From NCBI GenBank assembly GCA_002256025.1, contig NKIB01013149.1, positions 1 through 63,596 on the forward strand: DNA of 63,596 nt, read 5' to 3'. The first letter of the stretch is position 1. Each line of letters starts with the position of its first letter. Under the pieces are notes generated by a model. The model was not told the origin of the DNA and ran no database searches. It was given only the letters and a program-made list of their open reading frames with translations. Source of the DNA: Asterionella formosa. Taxonomy: Eukaryota. The position numbers and the translations under genes are program-made. Shown here piece after piece: positions 35,145 to 46,627 of this stretch.

Positions 35145-37460
35145 TTAAATGGTGGCTAATATCATATTTTGGTGCTCTCGGCGATGTCGAAGTGCTGTTA
35201 GGAGCAGTTCAATTTGCTCTTGACTCTTATTGACCGAAACAGTAGGCACGATCTTCTTCGGTTTCAAGCAGTCGAGGCACTCTATTAGTTCCGGGAAGCT
35301 GGAGTGCTCACTATAAGCCACTCCATGGACAGTAAACGCGCCACTTGTTCTTGTGGAGACGAGTCCAGCTCCCTTTCCAGAGGTCATGGCCCAACCAGTT
35401 GGTCGGAAACCGACAACTCGATCGAAGGTGCGAGTGCTGAATACCTTCGAACCCATGTCGACGTAGCTCCCCATCTTTCTAAAATTGATGTGACCCAGCG
35501 GCACCACCCACAGACAAGTTTCCTCACGCTCTGTAGTTAGAATATTCAATTGCTCCTTAGGCAAATCGAGTGCCTGTAGAACCTTCATCCTGTTCTTATC
35601 GACACATACGCGCATCCCAAGCCTTTCCGCCACAGATAAGTAAATGCGCTCTTTCCTTAGATCAAAGAAAAAGGACACGAGAGTAAGTATACAAAAGTTT
35701 ACCACTCCCTTTGTATCTATTTATGTCACCTACCCTATCGTGTATGCGCCAAACAAAAATAATGTCTTGCCCGGGCGTGCATTCTCACGTACAGCAACTT
35801 CAATACAAGCTTGGATTGCTTCATTTTGGGTAGGTAGGCAATATTTTTCATCACAGTATGTGGTGTCCAAGTACAACTCGTCTAACCGATGTTGGTTCGC
35901 GAACAACTTTTTCAATGGTTGTTGTTGCAACATAATCTCAGCATTCCACCTAAAATCGCCGACGTGCAGTATTCTTCGTTTCCCGACTTCGAAGAGAAAC
36001 ATGACGGCTCCTGGACAGTGATTTGCGTCAAGCAATGTGACCGTAATTGGTCTGCCGTTACTCTCAACCACGGTCGGTGTGTACATTGGTATAGGATGTA
36101 ACCATTTCTTTTCAACGCCAAGCTGCTGGTTGACAAGATTCGCTGTCGGTAATGAACAATAAATAGTGCCACAGTTCCAATCTTTTGTAATTCCCCCGTA
36201 ATGGTCGCTATGGAAGTGAGTTAACCAGTAGTTCTTGGTTCGCGACGATTGCGCGTACATGAAGCCATCAACATTGAAGTCCGTTCCCGTAATTCTCTTG
36301 TATGCCGGGCAATTGGAATGATCGCTCTTCATGAAGTTGCCACCCCAACTGCCAACTCTTTTTGTTTTTTTCGTCTTCAAAATCTCGCTGGCCTTCGCTA
36401 CCCTGCGAGCACCGAGCAACAAGACTTTGTTTAGGGATCGCACAGGTGCGTGAAAGAAATTTTTCAGGGTGGTCTGTACTGTTTCGGATGACCTCGTACC
36501 CAAAGATCCTTTTGTATCTACGGCTTCTGTTGCAGCTAAACTTAGTTCAGTTTCCGCTTGTTCGTGCCAACTTGCGGCCAACTTGCAGTAAGGATTAGTG
36601 CCGTGAACAGCACTAGCGACTAACTGCGCTGATTTGACAATCTCTTCTTGTTCTTCCACGACAGTATCTCTTCCCGAAAAACCGTGTTTCTTCGAACATC
36701 GCTTGATATGATTCAACCGGCCCTTGATTCCGCTCGTTCTTTCGAAGTTCGATCCGCAAACAAGGCAGATGTCACCGGGGAGTTCTACTGTTGATGTTAC
36801 TTGATAAAATGATTCGCCGACAATATTTGAAGCCAATAGCTCAGGTAAAATGGTTTGATCTAAAACAACACTGCTTTCTGGTTCACAGGAAATATTTTTC
36901 TGGCTCATGGCTGCAAACTCTGCAAGTGTAAATTCTTCGTCGTCATCTTCGCTACTAGAATCCGCATTGCTGCTCCCCTCGGGCAGTAACATCGCATCTT
37001 CCTTTTTTGTTTCGAAGGTCATTCTAGAGTCATTACCAGCCTGTTCTATATCCTCAACTTTGGCGGCATGAGAGTCTCTCACAAGTAATTCTCCCCTTTC
37101 TGGCTCGTTCGGAGTAGCGATAAATTTTGAGTTTGGTCTACTATTATCTGACAAATTATCCACAGAAGTTTTCAAGCGCTTGGTCTCACGATGGATTTCG
37201 TCATTTTCAACAGAATAATTTGTGTAAGGATATGCATCGGGAGCTTGATCTACCATTGGTAATTCCTTTCGACAAACATCGCATCGTACGATACCTAATG
37301 CAATGACAGCGCAAGTTTTGGAACACATACCGGGAAGAGGGATGGTTATAGCGAATGCATTTTCACATTTATTGTGAGCAACATTAGCAGAATTGTTCTC
37401 ACCTTGTTCAGAGATAAAGCGTCTATGACACTTCTTGCAAGCCAATACCTTTCTCACCAT
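35145..37460 (-). CDS. SNM1: DNA cross-link repair nuclease SNM1/PSO2 (DCLRE1A-like, beta-CASP); exons 37460-35734 and 35655-35145
   Basis: THFHSDHYGG, LLDANHCPGAVMF, LHVGDFR, LYLDTTY and VAYSEHSSFPEL..IVPTV motifs, plus a UBZ-like CLVC..NHIKRC. GAYTIG|KER is joined by a 78-nt GT..AAG intron at 35733-35656. Confidence 0.9.
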
Positions 37461-38159
37461 GGTCAAGTCGGAGTAAATGTCATTGTCTATGTCGGTCCGA
37501 ACATCTTGCTGATGTCAATGTTACCTAACATGTATTGTGAACTTCGACGATGATAGAGGAATTACTTGGCAATGATAATTCATCAGACCGAATTCAAACC
37601 AAACACCAGCAAGGTGTAGTAATTGTGCTGACACTAAAACTTTAGCTGCGTTTATCCGATATTAAATTAATTTTTTTTCAGCAAAATGACCGCAACTTGC
37701 AGCTAGATGTACTATTTTGGTACGCCCAGGTACCAGGGACTCCCTCTGAACGAAAGAAATGATAGTTGCGGCGATTTACAGCGACTCAAGTCCCGAGCGG
37801 CTTAAGTTTAGGACGGTTTACGTGGAGAGCATATCATTCTTTTTGTACGTCAGGATCGTGTTACCAACAAAAATGCGTTATGTGATTGACTAGCATTTAA
37901 ATAAATTATCCGAAAGCGACTAAACATCCTTGTACATTATTGACGAAATTCTACCAAAGTAGTATTTTTCTGTAGGGCTCCGTTAGTGTTCTACTCTGGA
38001 CAGGTCAATACTGTCCGGTACCCCTCCCTTGCTTGGCCGTGGTGAAAGGCAAAAATTCTACCCAGTAGTACTGGGGGTAGAATTTTTTTCACATTTTGGT
38101 AGAATATTCTACCAACGGACCGATGGAACCCTGCAGTATGCCATGGTATTGTCCAAGAA

Positions 38160-38340
38160 ATTCTACCAGGGGTACCTGGTACCTGGTACCTCGTACTGGA
38201 GTACCGGTAGTGGTACCATTACCAGGGTACCTGGTACAGTACTGGTATTGGTACCTGGTCCCCGGCCCTGGTACCAGGCATGTGTAGCTGGTGAGTACTT
38301 TTCGGCACGACTCTTACCTGTACCTGTGTACCTGGTGCAC
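38160..38340. repeat. Densest cluster of TA-C...G-TA units (TACCTGGTA, TACCAGGGTA, TACCGGTA, TACAGTA)
   Basis: Example: GGGTACCTGGTACCTGGTACCTCGTACTGGAGTACCGGTAGTGGTACC. Similar clusters at 178-242, 544-570, 5692-5716, 5991-6022, 20464-20632, 25974-26250, 43050-43083 and 59679-59705. Confidence 0.85.
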
Positions 38341-40569
38341 TGGCTGTGTTATGTTATGTTGAGGGATTATACTACTGGTAAAACATCATAAATTAAAATA
38401 AACTTAAACATCAGCATGGCAACAAGCAATGTTGACCAGGAGAGTAAATGAACTGACACATTCCCATGCTTACAAAAATGTACTTATTTCCATGATGTTG
38501 TACAGAGGTTATGGCAAATAGCCAATGATAGTACTACAAGCTGTGAGTTTAGTGTAGAGGAGCCTGGGGAAAACAAGGATGATAACCAAACACTTGGCCA
38601 GTATTATTCCATTAACTATTACTGCAAAAAAGGCATTGTAGTACTTTATGCCACATTGTCTTTTCACTTGGAATGTAATTACCCACAGTGGAAATCCAAC
38701 AAGGTATGGCTGTGCCTGTCAATGACCTTGTCATCAAAAAGGCCATAAAACAGAAAAAGTCTGCAGACAAGACAAGGGAAACATTACAAGTAAGGCAGCC
38801 TCTAGAGTCTCACATTTAGCAAGATTTCAATCATGATGGTCATCCTTTTCTCATTCAAGTATAAAATATCCAATTCATCGCTCAATGGTAGTATAAGCTG
38901 CCAGCATGCGTGTTGTGTCTGGCAGTTCCATGTGGTCAGCCAAATTGACAATTGCTTCCAACTAACAAGAAAACTAACTGCAAATATTTGATTCCTTGTC
39001 GCTCTGATGGCCAAGCTGCATCTGTGTTGAACGCAAATTTTAAGGACAAGAGGGATGAGCCAAGCCAGGTTCTCATTGATTGCATCCCTGTCAAAAGGCA
39101 GTTGTTTTCTCGTTTCCTTGGCCATTATCCTGAGACGGAGTGTATGGACCAATGCACTAACCCAAAAACAGTGGGTTTTCTGCTAAAAACTGACAATCCA
39201 GCAAATGCTAAAGAAAGACTTAGACAATTCTGCAAGATGATGTGTATGCAGGAAAATCATGAGTTTTGACAATTGAACAATGGTAAATTATCAAAACAGG
39301 ATCTCTAAGTAATCATTAACACATACAAGTTGAAATGAAAGCTCCCAAGATGATATTGTTTGAATGAGGGTCGCACATGTCGTGGTGGTCAGCGCTGGGC
39401 AGTGTTCCTGACAAAGTTGCTTTTGCTGCAACAAATGCCAACAGCAACCCAAAATGGAAATGCCAGCCATATGCTATCAAGGCGATCAATCCTAAACAAG
39501 TTCAGAGGTAACAAACAGAGTTGAACGATTAAAACGAGTGAGCTAAAAAAATTTAAATCTATTTTCGATTGCTTCTTGGTTGAGCTGGGCTTGAAAAAAT
39601 GATGATGTGAGCCCTGTATGTCATTGTGAACCTTTCTAGTCACCTAGCCAGAGTACCCAAGATGTGCAAGACATCGGGGATTATAAACCATTCTTAGTTT
39701 ATTTATTTCAAGTTCAATGCTGACTTTGAGACTGACTAAGTATATATTACTCATGAATTCCTGGTTACTAGAGGATAAGTTCTACTTTCTTTGTAGAGCT
39801 GAACGTTGCGCATTCCATAATCAAATGCATTTGATACAAACAATGATATCATTTGTGATTAGTGATTCTGATATTTTGGAGACCGTTGAAAAGGCCAAGT
39901 TTGTCGAATTTTTTAATGACAATTGCTCAATGTTGGCTGGGTTTGAAGGAGAATTGAATGCATAGGTCAACTCTATATAGGCATAGGTCAAATCTATAAA
40001 ATGTAAGGAAATAGGACCTGGCAAGAAAGGACAGAAAGGGACATTGGTTTGTACTATGCTAGAAAATGCAGGGTCAAAAACATTTTGGCATCGTAAAAAA
40101 CCGAAGGTCCCTTCTGTACCCTCTTGTCAGAAGTTACATACAGATGTTACTTGAAGATTACCTATATATGCTTTTTGCCTTCAAACCCCACTAATGTTGA
40201 GAAGTCATCCAAAAAGTCAACAGGAATGGCCTTTCCAATGATCTCAAAAATATTGGAATATTGGAATCAGAATCACCATGTACCAAAATGTACTCATTGG
40301 AATAGGAGCCTTGCGAAGGAATTAAAATGTAAAATCTCCTGTATATATATATGCCTATGTGTTAGTTTCAAAAATGTTAAAATATTTCAAATGGAATCAT
40401 TGATATTCAAAATTAGCAATGAAAAATTCCCAATTCCAAGGAAATTTGGCAAACCTATCTGCAACTTTTAATTGTAGCCTAGAAAATTTATTTGAAAATG
40501 ATTTGCAGCGTCAAAGAGGAAGCAGTGGCCCAGTTTGTTGCAAGGTGGATCTGCACATTTTCAAAAATT

Positions 40570-42852
40570 TCATGCACTCCTGGTGGCATGAAGTGCCATC
40601 TGCTGTAACCAATGATCTGGACATCGTTCACACCAAAGTTGCCATGCCACAGATTTCTCATCATTTCCTGAAAAAGTTGAAGACAAAATGGCAAGCTCCC
40701 CCAAACGGTTATCACAATCACTCCTTATAAGTTGCACTTCTTTTGTTGTCAACAGATTGGTGTGACGATCAATGAATTTCATTTCAAGATTGAGAAGTAT
40801 CATGGCTGCTTTGTTGAATGAATCAAGAGAACTAGCATTGTCTGGATATTTCAATGTTTCAATGGCTGTATCAGATGCATCTTGAACCAGCTCACGAATA
40901 GCAAGTGCCGATAGATTTAGTGATTGCCTCCTTTGTTCCATTTCTCTCTCTGCACTTCTATTGGTGTGCTTGCGATGCCACAACCCAATCCTTGGAATGG
41001 AAACAATGGAATTAACCTTCTTGGTTGTCATCCGTAGCCAAAGGTTGTAATCTTCTGCATGAGATATTGACTCATCATACCCTCCAATTTCCAACACTGC
41101 GCTCTTTCGAAGAATAACAGAGGAATGTGCCACACAGCAAGAAAAGAGCAATGCCCAGGAAACAAATCCAGGATCCGTTGGCTGCAGGGATGTTTGGGCA
41201 GAATAAATAGTGGCTTCTTCATTTCTTGTGCTGAAAGGCAAATCGATTTCAGAAAGCTTCACATTAAGGCGCTTACGTTCAGGTTTATGTTTGGACACAC
41301 ATTCTTGAAATAGAATAGTCTGTGTTCCGACAACATCTAGGTTTGTATCACTCTGAAGAATACGTAGTTGTGCATGCAACCGTCCTGGCGCACAAATATC
41401 ATCGGCGTCCATACGAGCTACCAGATCTGAGCGACATTTAGAAAGGCCAAAATTAAGTGCCGAAGCTACGCCAGGTTTTGGTGAGGAATAAACTTCCACA
41501 GTAATTTGGATTGGGGTTTCGCGGTGACATCTAGCCATGCCATCTGAATGGTCTCGAGTATCATTAACCACAAGACTGACATTGGCCATGTATTCGTCTG
41601 TAATCTTTCTAGCCTCATCCAACATAGCATCAACGCTACCATCCAAACATTGGTCATCAATAATCACGAGCTGCAAATGATCTTGGAGACAACCAGATTT
41701 TTCCTCATGAATCGGTTGCATGATAATGGAACGAACGGCATGTCGTGCTGATGCTTGCGGGCCATGACGCACAGGAATTAGAATGCTCACAGTAGGACTA
41801 TTGTCCCATTCTTCTTTTATCTCCTTGCAAGTTGTGAGAACGACGTCGCCAATATGTGAAGAATTGAAAATTTTGTTCTGATAGTAAGGCAGGTCAAGGT
41901 GTGATCCGTTTCTCAAATTGGCCAACAGAGCATGCGGAGAATAGTGAAGGCCCGAACAAGCAATTGGAGCTTGACAGATAGATTGCACTCGATTTATGGC
42001 AATGATTACAAGCATGGGTTTTGTTGGGAAGACGCAAATCGACGACATAATCCGATTCGTCAATGCTTGATTTCCAGAAATTTCAAAACGATTAGGGTGA
42101 GTCAGTCCGTCGGGATCCACGAGGGCTTCCACTAGCGAGGCCATCGCTGATTTCTTATAGACTCCACCAGATAGATCCAGCGGGTAATCCCATTCAATTT
42201 CTCCACGATAAAGGGGGTATGCGTATACCTCTTGCCGATCAGGTAGTCGAACATATCGAATATGACTGCGTGGAGGATGGGAAGATTTCCCTCTAGTCTG
42301 AGACCACGTGATTCCAGGATGCAGCCGGCTGATGAAACAAAATATATTTGACGATTGAGACATAGCAGCAGTAGAAATTTTCAATACATGATCCAGCGGT
42401 ACCAAGAAAACGCAATCATCAGTGAGAAACATGGTATAATCAGCATGTTGATTCAAGGCCTTGACGAAAAGAGAATGGAAGGAATTCGTTTCGTCCTCGT
42501 TCCAGAATCGAAAACTCCAGCGTTCCATTTGGTCCATGGATTCTTTAATTTCTCGTTCAGCATGTCGGTACGCTGCGTGATACAGCTCGTGAACATTTCC
42601 GATTATGATTATGTCGACCTTGGTGAAACTGTTCATTGTAATGTGATTACGTTGTGTTTCAAACCTCATGGATCGAAAAAGTTGTTGAAGCTGCCATGGT
42701 CGATCTTTCGTGAAGACAATCACCTTGATTATGTTGTGAGTGTTTAGTTCTGCTTCGGCGGCCCCAAATGGTGCGTCGATCACTACTGGTGCTACCGGCA
42801 CAGGACTTGTACCCACAAAGGAAGTAACTAGGGCCAATATGGATGGGTCCAT
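40570..42852 (-). CDS. Two-domain glycosyltransferase: N-terminal GT-A-like domain plus C-terminal GT2 domain
   Basis: C-terminal half: VSILIPV, LVIIDDQCLDGS, GVASALNFGL, VARMDADDIC..RL..Q, VAHSSVILRK, GGYDE..AEDYNLWLR (GT2). N-terminal half: VIVFTKDRPWQL, MFLTDDCVF, WDYPLDLSGGVY, PNRFE, INRVQ. ATG in AAAATGG context at 42852. Confidence 0.85.
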   Translation of the reverse strand: MDPSILALVTSFVGTSPVPVAPVVIDAPFGAAEAELNTHNIIKVIVFTKDRPWQLQQLFRSMRFETQRNHITMNSFTKVDIIIIGNVHELYHAAYRHAEREIKESMDQMERWSFRFWNEDETNSFHSLFVKALNQHADYTMFLTDDCVFLVPLDHVLKISTAAMSQSSNIFCFISRLHPGITWSQTRGKSSHPPRSHIRYVRLPDRQEVYAYPLYRGEIEWDYPLDLSGGVYKKSAMASLVEALVDPDGLTHPNRFEISGNQALTNRIMSSICVFPTKPMLVIIAINRVQSICQAPIACSGLHYSPHALLANLRNGSHLDLPYYQNKIFNSSHIGDVVLTTCKEIKEEWDNSPTVSILIPVRHGPQASARHAVRSIIMQPIHEEKSGCLQDHLQLVIIDDQCLDGSVDAMLDEARKITDEYMANVSLVVNDTRDHSDGMARCHRETPIQITVEVYSSPKPGVASALNFGLSKCRSDLVARMDADDICAPGRLHAQLRILQSDTNLDVVGTQTILFQECVSKHKPERKRLNVKLSEIDLPFSTRNEEATIYSAQTSLQPTDPGFVSWALLFSCCVAHSSVILRKSAVLEIGGYDESISHAEDYNLWLRMTTKKVNSIVSIPRIGLWHRKHTNRSAEREMEQRRQSLNLSALAIRELVQDASDTAIETLKYPDNASSLDSFNKAAMILLNLEMKFIDRHTNLLTTKEVQLIRSDCDNRLGELAILSSTFSGNDEKSVAWQLWCERCPDHWLQQMALHATRSA

Positions 42853-43083
42853 TTTGACGAATCGTTCGATCCTTTCATTTGCTGAAAGCTCTGGCAATCT
42901 TGGTCATATATGCTCGCAGGTTGTTCCCATTTTTTAGTTCATTGGTGGTGGAGAAATAGGAGAGCCGACGTGATCTTGCCCTCTTCGTTTGATGAGGATC
43001 GCTTTGTCGTTTTTGTCCTTCTTGATGCATGATACATACGACTAACGGAGTACCTGGTACCTGGTACTAGGTACCAGGTACCC

Positions 43084-44593
43084 ATGTCAGAAAATACAGA
43101 AATACAAAGTCTTAACAATGTGCCTCTGCCCCCAAGAGTAAGAGTGAGAGGAAAGAACAAGGTCTGTGAATACATCAATGACAAAGGGCTAATTCAAATG
43201 ATAACTCCTGTGATGTCAAACTGGTATATACTATACATTTCCAGACCAGCAGTTGAATCATTGTCATTTCAAAAGAAATTCCGCTGCAGATTTCGACTAC
43301 CACACAACCAGTTCCTCCAATTTGTTGTTGATGCTAGAGATTCAAATTGGTTTCCTCGCTGGACTCGAGGACCTGATGCAACAGGAAGGGCATCATCACC
43401 CCTTGAACTTATGGTTTTAGGAGCATTCAGGTACCTTGGGAGAGGATGGACTTTAGATGACATTGAGGAGAATACTGGTATCAGTCAAGAGATCCACAGG
43501 CTATTCTTCCATGCCTTTATTGAAGTTGGAAGTACCATCCTTTACAAAAAATATGTTAGAACTCCAACACACCCATTGGAAGCAGAGCATCACATGTTTG
43601 AAATGACACAGGCAGATTTCCCTGGATGTCTTGGGTTCACAGATGCTACACATGTGTCAATAGAGCGATGCTTCAATCGGCTTCGGAACCAGCATATATC
43701 ATCAAAACTTCCTTGTACAGTCAGGACTTATAATGCTACTGTGAATCATCGCCGGAGGATCCTGTCTAGTACCACGGGGCATCCTTGTCAATGGAATGAT
43801 AAAACATTAATCAACTTTGATACTTTTGCTCGAGGCATCCAGAATGGTGCAGATGCCTTACAAGATGTGGAGTTTGAGCTTAAAGAAAAAGATCGGAATG
43901 GAGCAGTTGTATCCATAAAGTATAGTGGATGCTTTTTGATAGTTGACAAGCAATGGATATCTAAAATGGTCTACAACAGTGCCTCCAACCAAAAACCCAG
44001 ACACTGAACAAGAACTTACATGGTCTGAATGGCTGGAGTCACTTAGAAAAGATGTGGAATGTACCTTTGGAATACTCAAGGGACTCTGGCGGATTTTAAA
44101 ATCAGGTATCCGAATCCATGGAGTAACAGAACCTGACAAGGTCTGGCTAACATGTTGCGCATTTCATAACATGTTACTTGATATTGATGGCTTAGACCTG
44201 CAATGGCAAAATGGTGTTTTAAGTGACTGGGAAGGACCATTAGGCCAATTAAATGGAGCTGAAGCACCTTTTGCTATTCAAAGGCTAAATGCAGTTGCAA
44301 GACCGGCGGTACTTGGATTAGCCAGTTTGCGAACAACAATTGATACCTCTGGAATGGTTCCTGGTAATGATGGTGATGGACAAATTCCTGATGCAATTCG
44401 CAATTTAGTGCCGGATCCAAATGACAACTTCAATATTGAAGTGCTAACGAAGAATGTTGATACAGTTCGAGTGGTCTGGCATTTAAGTTTACAGTTCTTC
44501 AAGAGTAAACTCATTGAACATTTTGATATTTTATGGAAACAAAACAAGATTGTTTGGCCATCACGTTGTAATGTAAATGATCATCCCTACTAA
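43084..44593 (+). pseudogene. PIF/Harbinger-type DDE transposase with one frameshift
   Basis: FRCRFRLP, LGAFRYLGRG, FPGCLGFTDATHV, WNDKT, LIVD/NGYLKWS (frame broken by 4 extra nt at ~43948-43951), ESLRKDVECTFGILKGLWRILK, CCAFHNMLL, KLIEHF. Confidence 0.85.
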
Positions 44594-44688
44594 ACCATAC
44601 AATTATCTATTTAGAAACTGAAAGAAAATTAGTATGAGCATGAACTAAATTAGATTACTGGGCACCAACATCTGTGAATAAAATATCC

Positions 44689-45017
44689 GCATTCCCGTCA
44701 TCCCCTTGTTTCAATACCCAGTCAGAACATGACGTGGCTACTGTGAAACTATACCTATTACTACGTTAGTACTGTGAGACTGTAGGTTTGCCCTACCAGC
44801 ATTCCCATCATCCCCTTGTTTCAATACCCGGTCGGAACATGACGTGGCTACAGTGAAATGTATCTATTACTACACTGGTACTGTGTGACTGTAGGTTTGC
44901 CCTACCAGCATTCCCTTCTTCCCCTTGTCTCAATACCCGGTCGGAACATGACGTGGCTACTAAGAAACTATACCTATTACTACGCTGGTACTATGAAACT
45001 GTAGCTTTGCACTACCA
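44689..45017. repeat. Tandem repeat, ~110-bp unit x3
   Basis: GCATTCCC..CCCCTTGT.TCAATACCC.GTC.GAACATGACGTGGCTAC..TATTACTAC..GTAGGTTTGCCCTACCA starts at 44689, 44799 and 44908. Confidence 0.9.
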
Positions 45018-45157
45018 ATCTAATGTATATTACTGAGTATGTCGGTGCTGCATCGCTTCCGACGCCCACTGTTTAATCCTTTGTTGACAGACCATTATCC
45101 CTTTCTGCTTCCTTCTGTTACAGACACATTTCTCTTGACATTTGCACGCTATCGATA

Positions 45158-46500
45158 GTGCAATATATCACTTGTTCTCTGGGCGGAATGGCAAATGTTC
45201 CGAGTGCTACAAGGAATGGAACGATAATGGTTGTGAAGGGGATACCGATTGCAGATTGTTCAATCAGGAAAAACGTGTCTCTATGGCGTATTTCATGTCT
45301 GTTCAAGAGACAAAAGAAGAGTAGTAAGGAACGACTCTTACTGGTTAGATACTTTGATCATGATGACAAAGGCAAGGAGACAAGGCTAGATGACAGTGTC
45401 CTGGATTTTGTTCTCAACAAATTCTATGTGGTCCTAGAGTCTGGCTTGTTTAAAAAAAAATCATTTGGAACTTCAAGGAAATTTCGGAATCATATAGGAC
45501 CAGCAATGATTTTATGGAAGACTCACTTTCCTCGAGATTTTAGACTACATCAGAAAGACAACAATATGCCGCTAAATGCAGCAGAGATAGAAGACTTCCT
45601 ATGTTTCATCACTGATTCATTACGGTTAATCAAAACAGTTCTGAGAACAGATAGCTAACTTCCTTTATGTTCTCGACGGAATTGAACAAGAGCGCGTGTT
45701 TTTCCTCGAATCTTTTTTTCCTTCCAGATGAGCTTTTTGGAATGGAAGAAAAAGACGATCCATTTTTACATGTGGCGAAATCTTTTTGTACTTCCAAGAA
45801 AATCTATAACCCTCCTATTCTTTTGTTGAAACAAACATTCAAAACGACTGCAAAATACAAAGAACTTGCAAATACCACCCATGGAAGGAAAAGCCATGCG
45901 AGTGTTTCCTTTCAAGAATTATACTGACAGCTTAAAATATTCAAAGCTGGATCTGCCAAATGTAAAGCCATTTTGGCATATGATAAAGTCCTTGTTACTA
46001 CCAGGTTCTGATGATGTCTCCAACAATAGCGACAGAGTCATACCACACACTGCCACTATGTTGTTCACCAATTCTGGAAAGAATGGCTACCCAAAACCTC
46101 AGAAACCACACCAAGATAATTCACCAACAGAATGCGAAAGGGAAACACCTATGCCTTGGGGAATGATAATGTCATTGTCTCTAGGAGGGAACTGCTTAAA
46201 TGTATGGGATAGCTGTGCAGATGAGAAACATGCAATACATTTGTCCATACCATCATTCAAATTCATCTTTCTCATGCGTGGAGATATAGTCCATGGAGGA
46301 GCTTTGGATGATAGTTTTAAAAAATGGTGCTCTACGGATTCATTTCTATTTATCGCCAGCTATAAATCAAAGAAATGGACATAGTGTCGCCGAACTAAAA
46401 CGACAGGATAACAACATACACGGCACACTGATGGATCAATATGTGGTCGAAACCAGAAATGTTTGTCATTCTTATTGCAACACGACGGAACAGGGTGGTC
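45158..46500 (+). pseudogene. Fragmented ORF with a C-terminal 2OG-Fe(II) dioxygenase-like domain
   Basis: PQKPHQD (HxD), CLNVW, HLSIP..IFLMRGDIVHGG (distal His) and, after a frameshift, NGALRIHFYL (2OG-binding Arg strand). Confidence 0.55.
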
Positions 46501-46627
46501 TACTTTATAATCTAATTTTACAATTTAGCTACTTGAATTTTTTTACAACAATGTTGTATTCGATATGTATTTATTTAGTGGGGTAGTCGACAATTAAGCA
46601 AAAGTGTTAGAAGGCCTAACGCATTTT

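Noticed and set aside
38029..38391. ORFs rich in VPGT/YLVP/WYQ (also 469-801, 26130-26294, 59601-59880)
   Set aside because: These are translations of the GGTACC-rich motif clusters, not credible proteins.
38400..40100. Decayed coding-like region (similar regions at 9500-10500, 22100-23000 and 55000-56550)
   Set aside because: They look like fragmented ORFs or TE debris, but I recognised no motif that supports a call.
43940..43960. Programmed frameshift in the Harbinger transposase
   Set aside because: No slippery sequence. A 4-nt insertion within the conserved VDNGY motif is better explained as an inactivating mutation.
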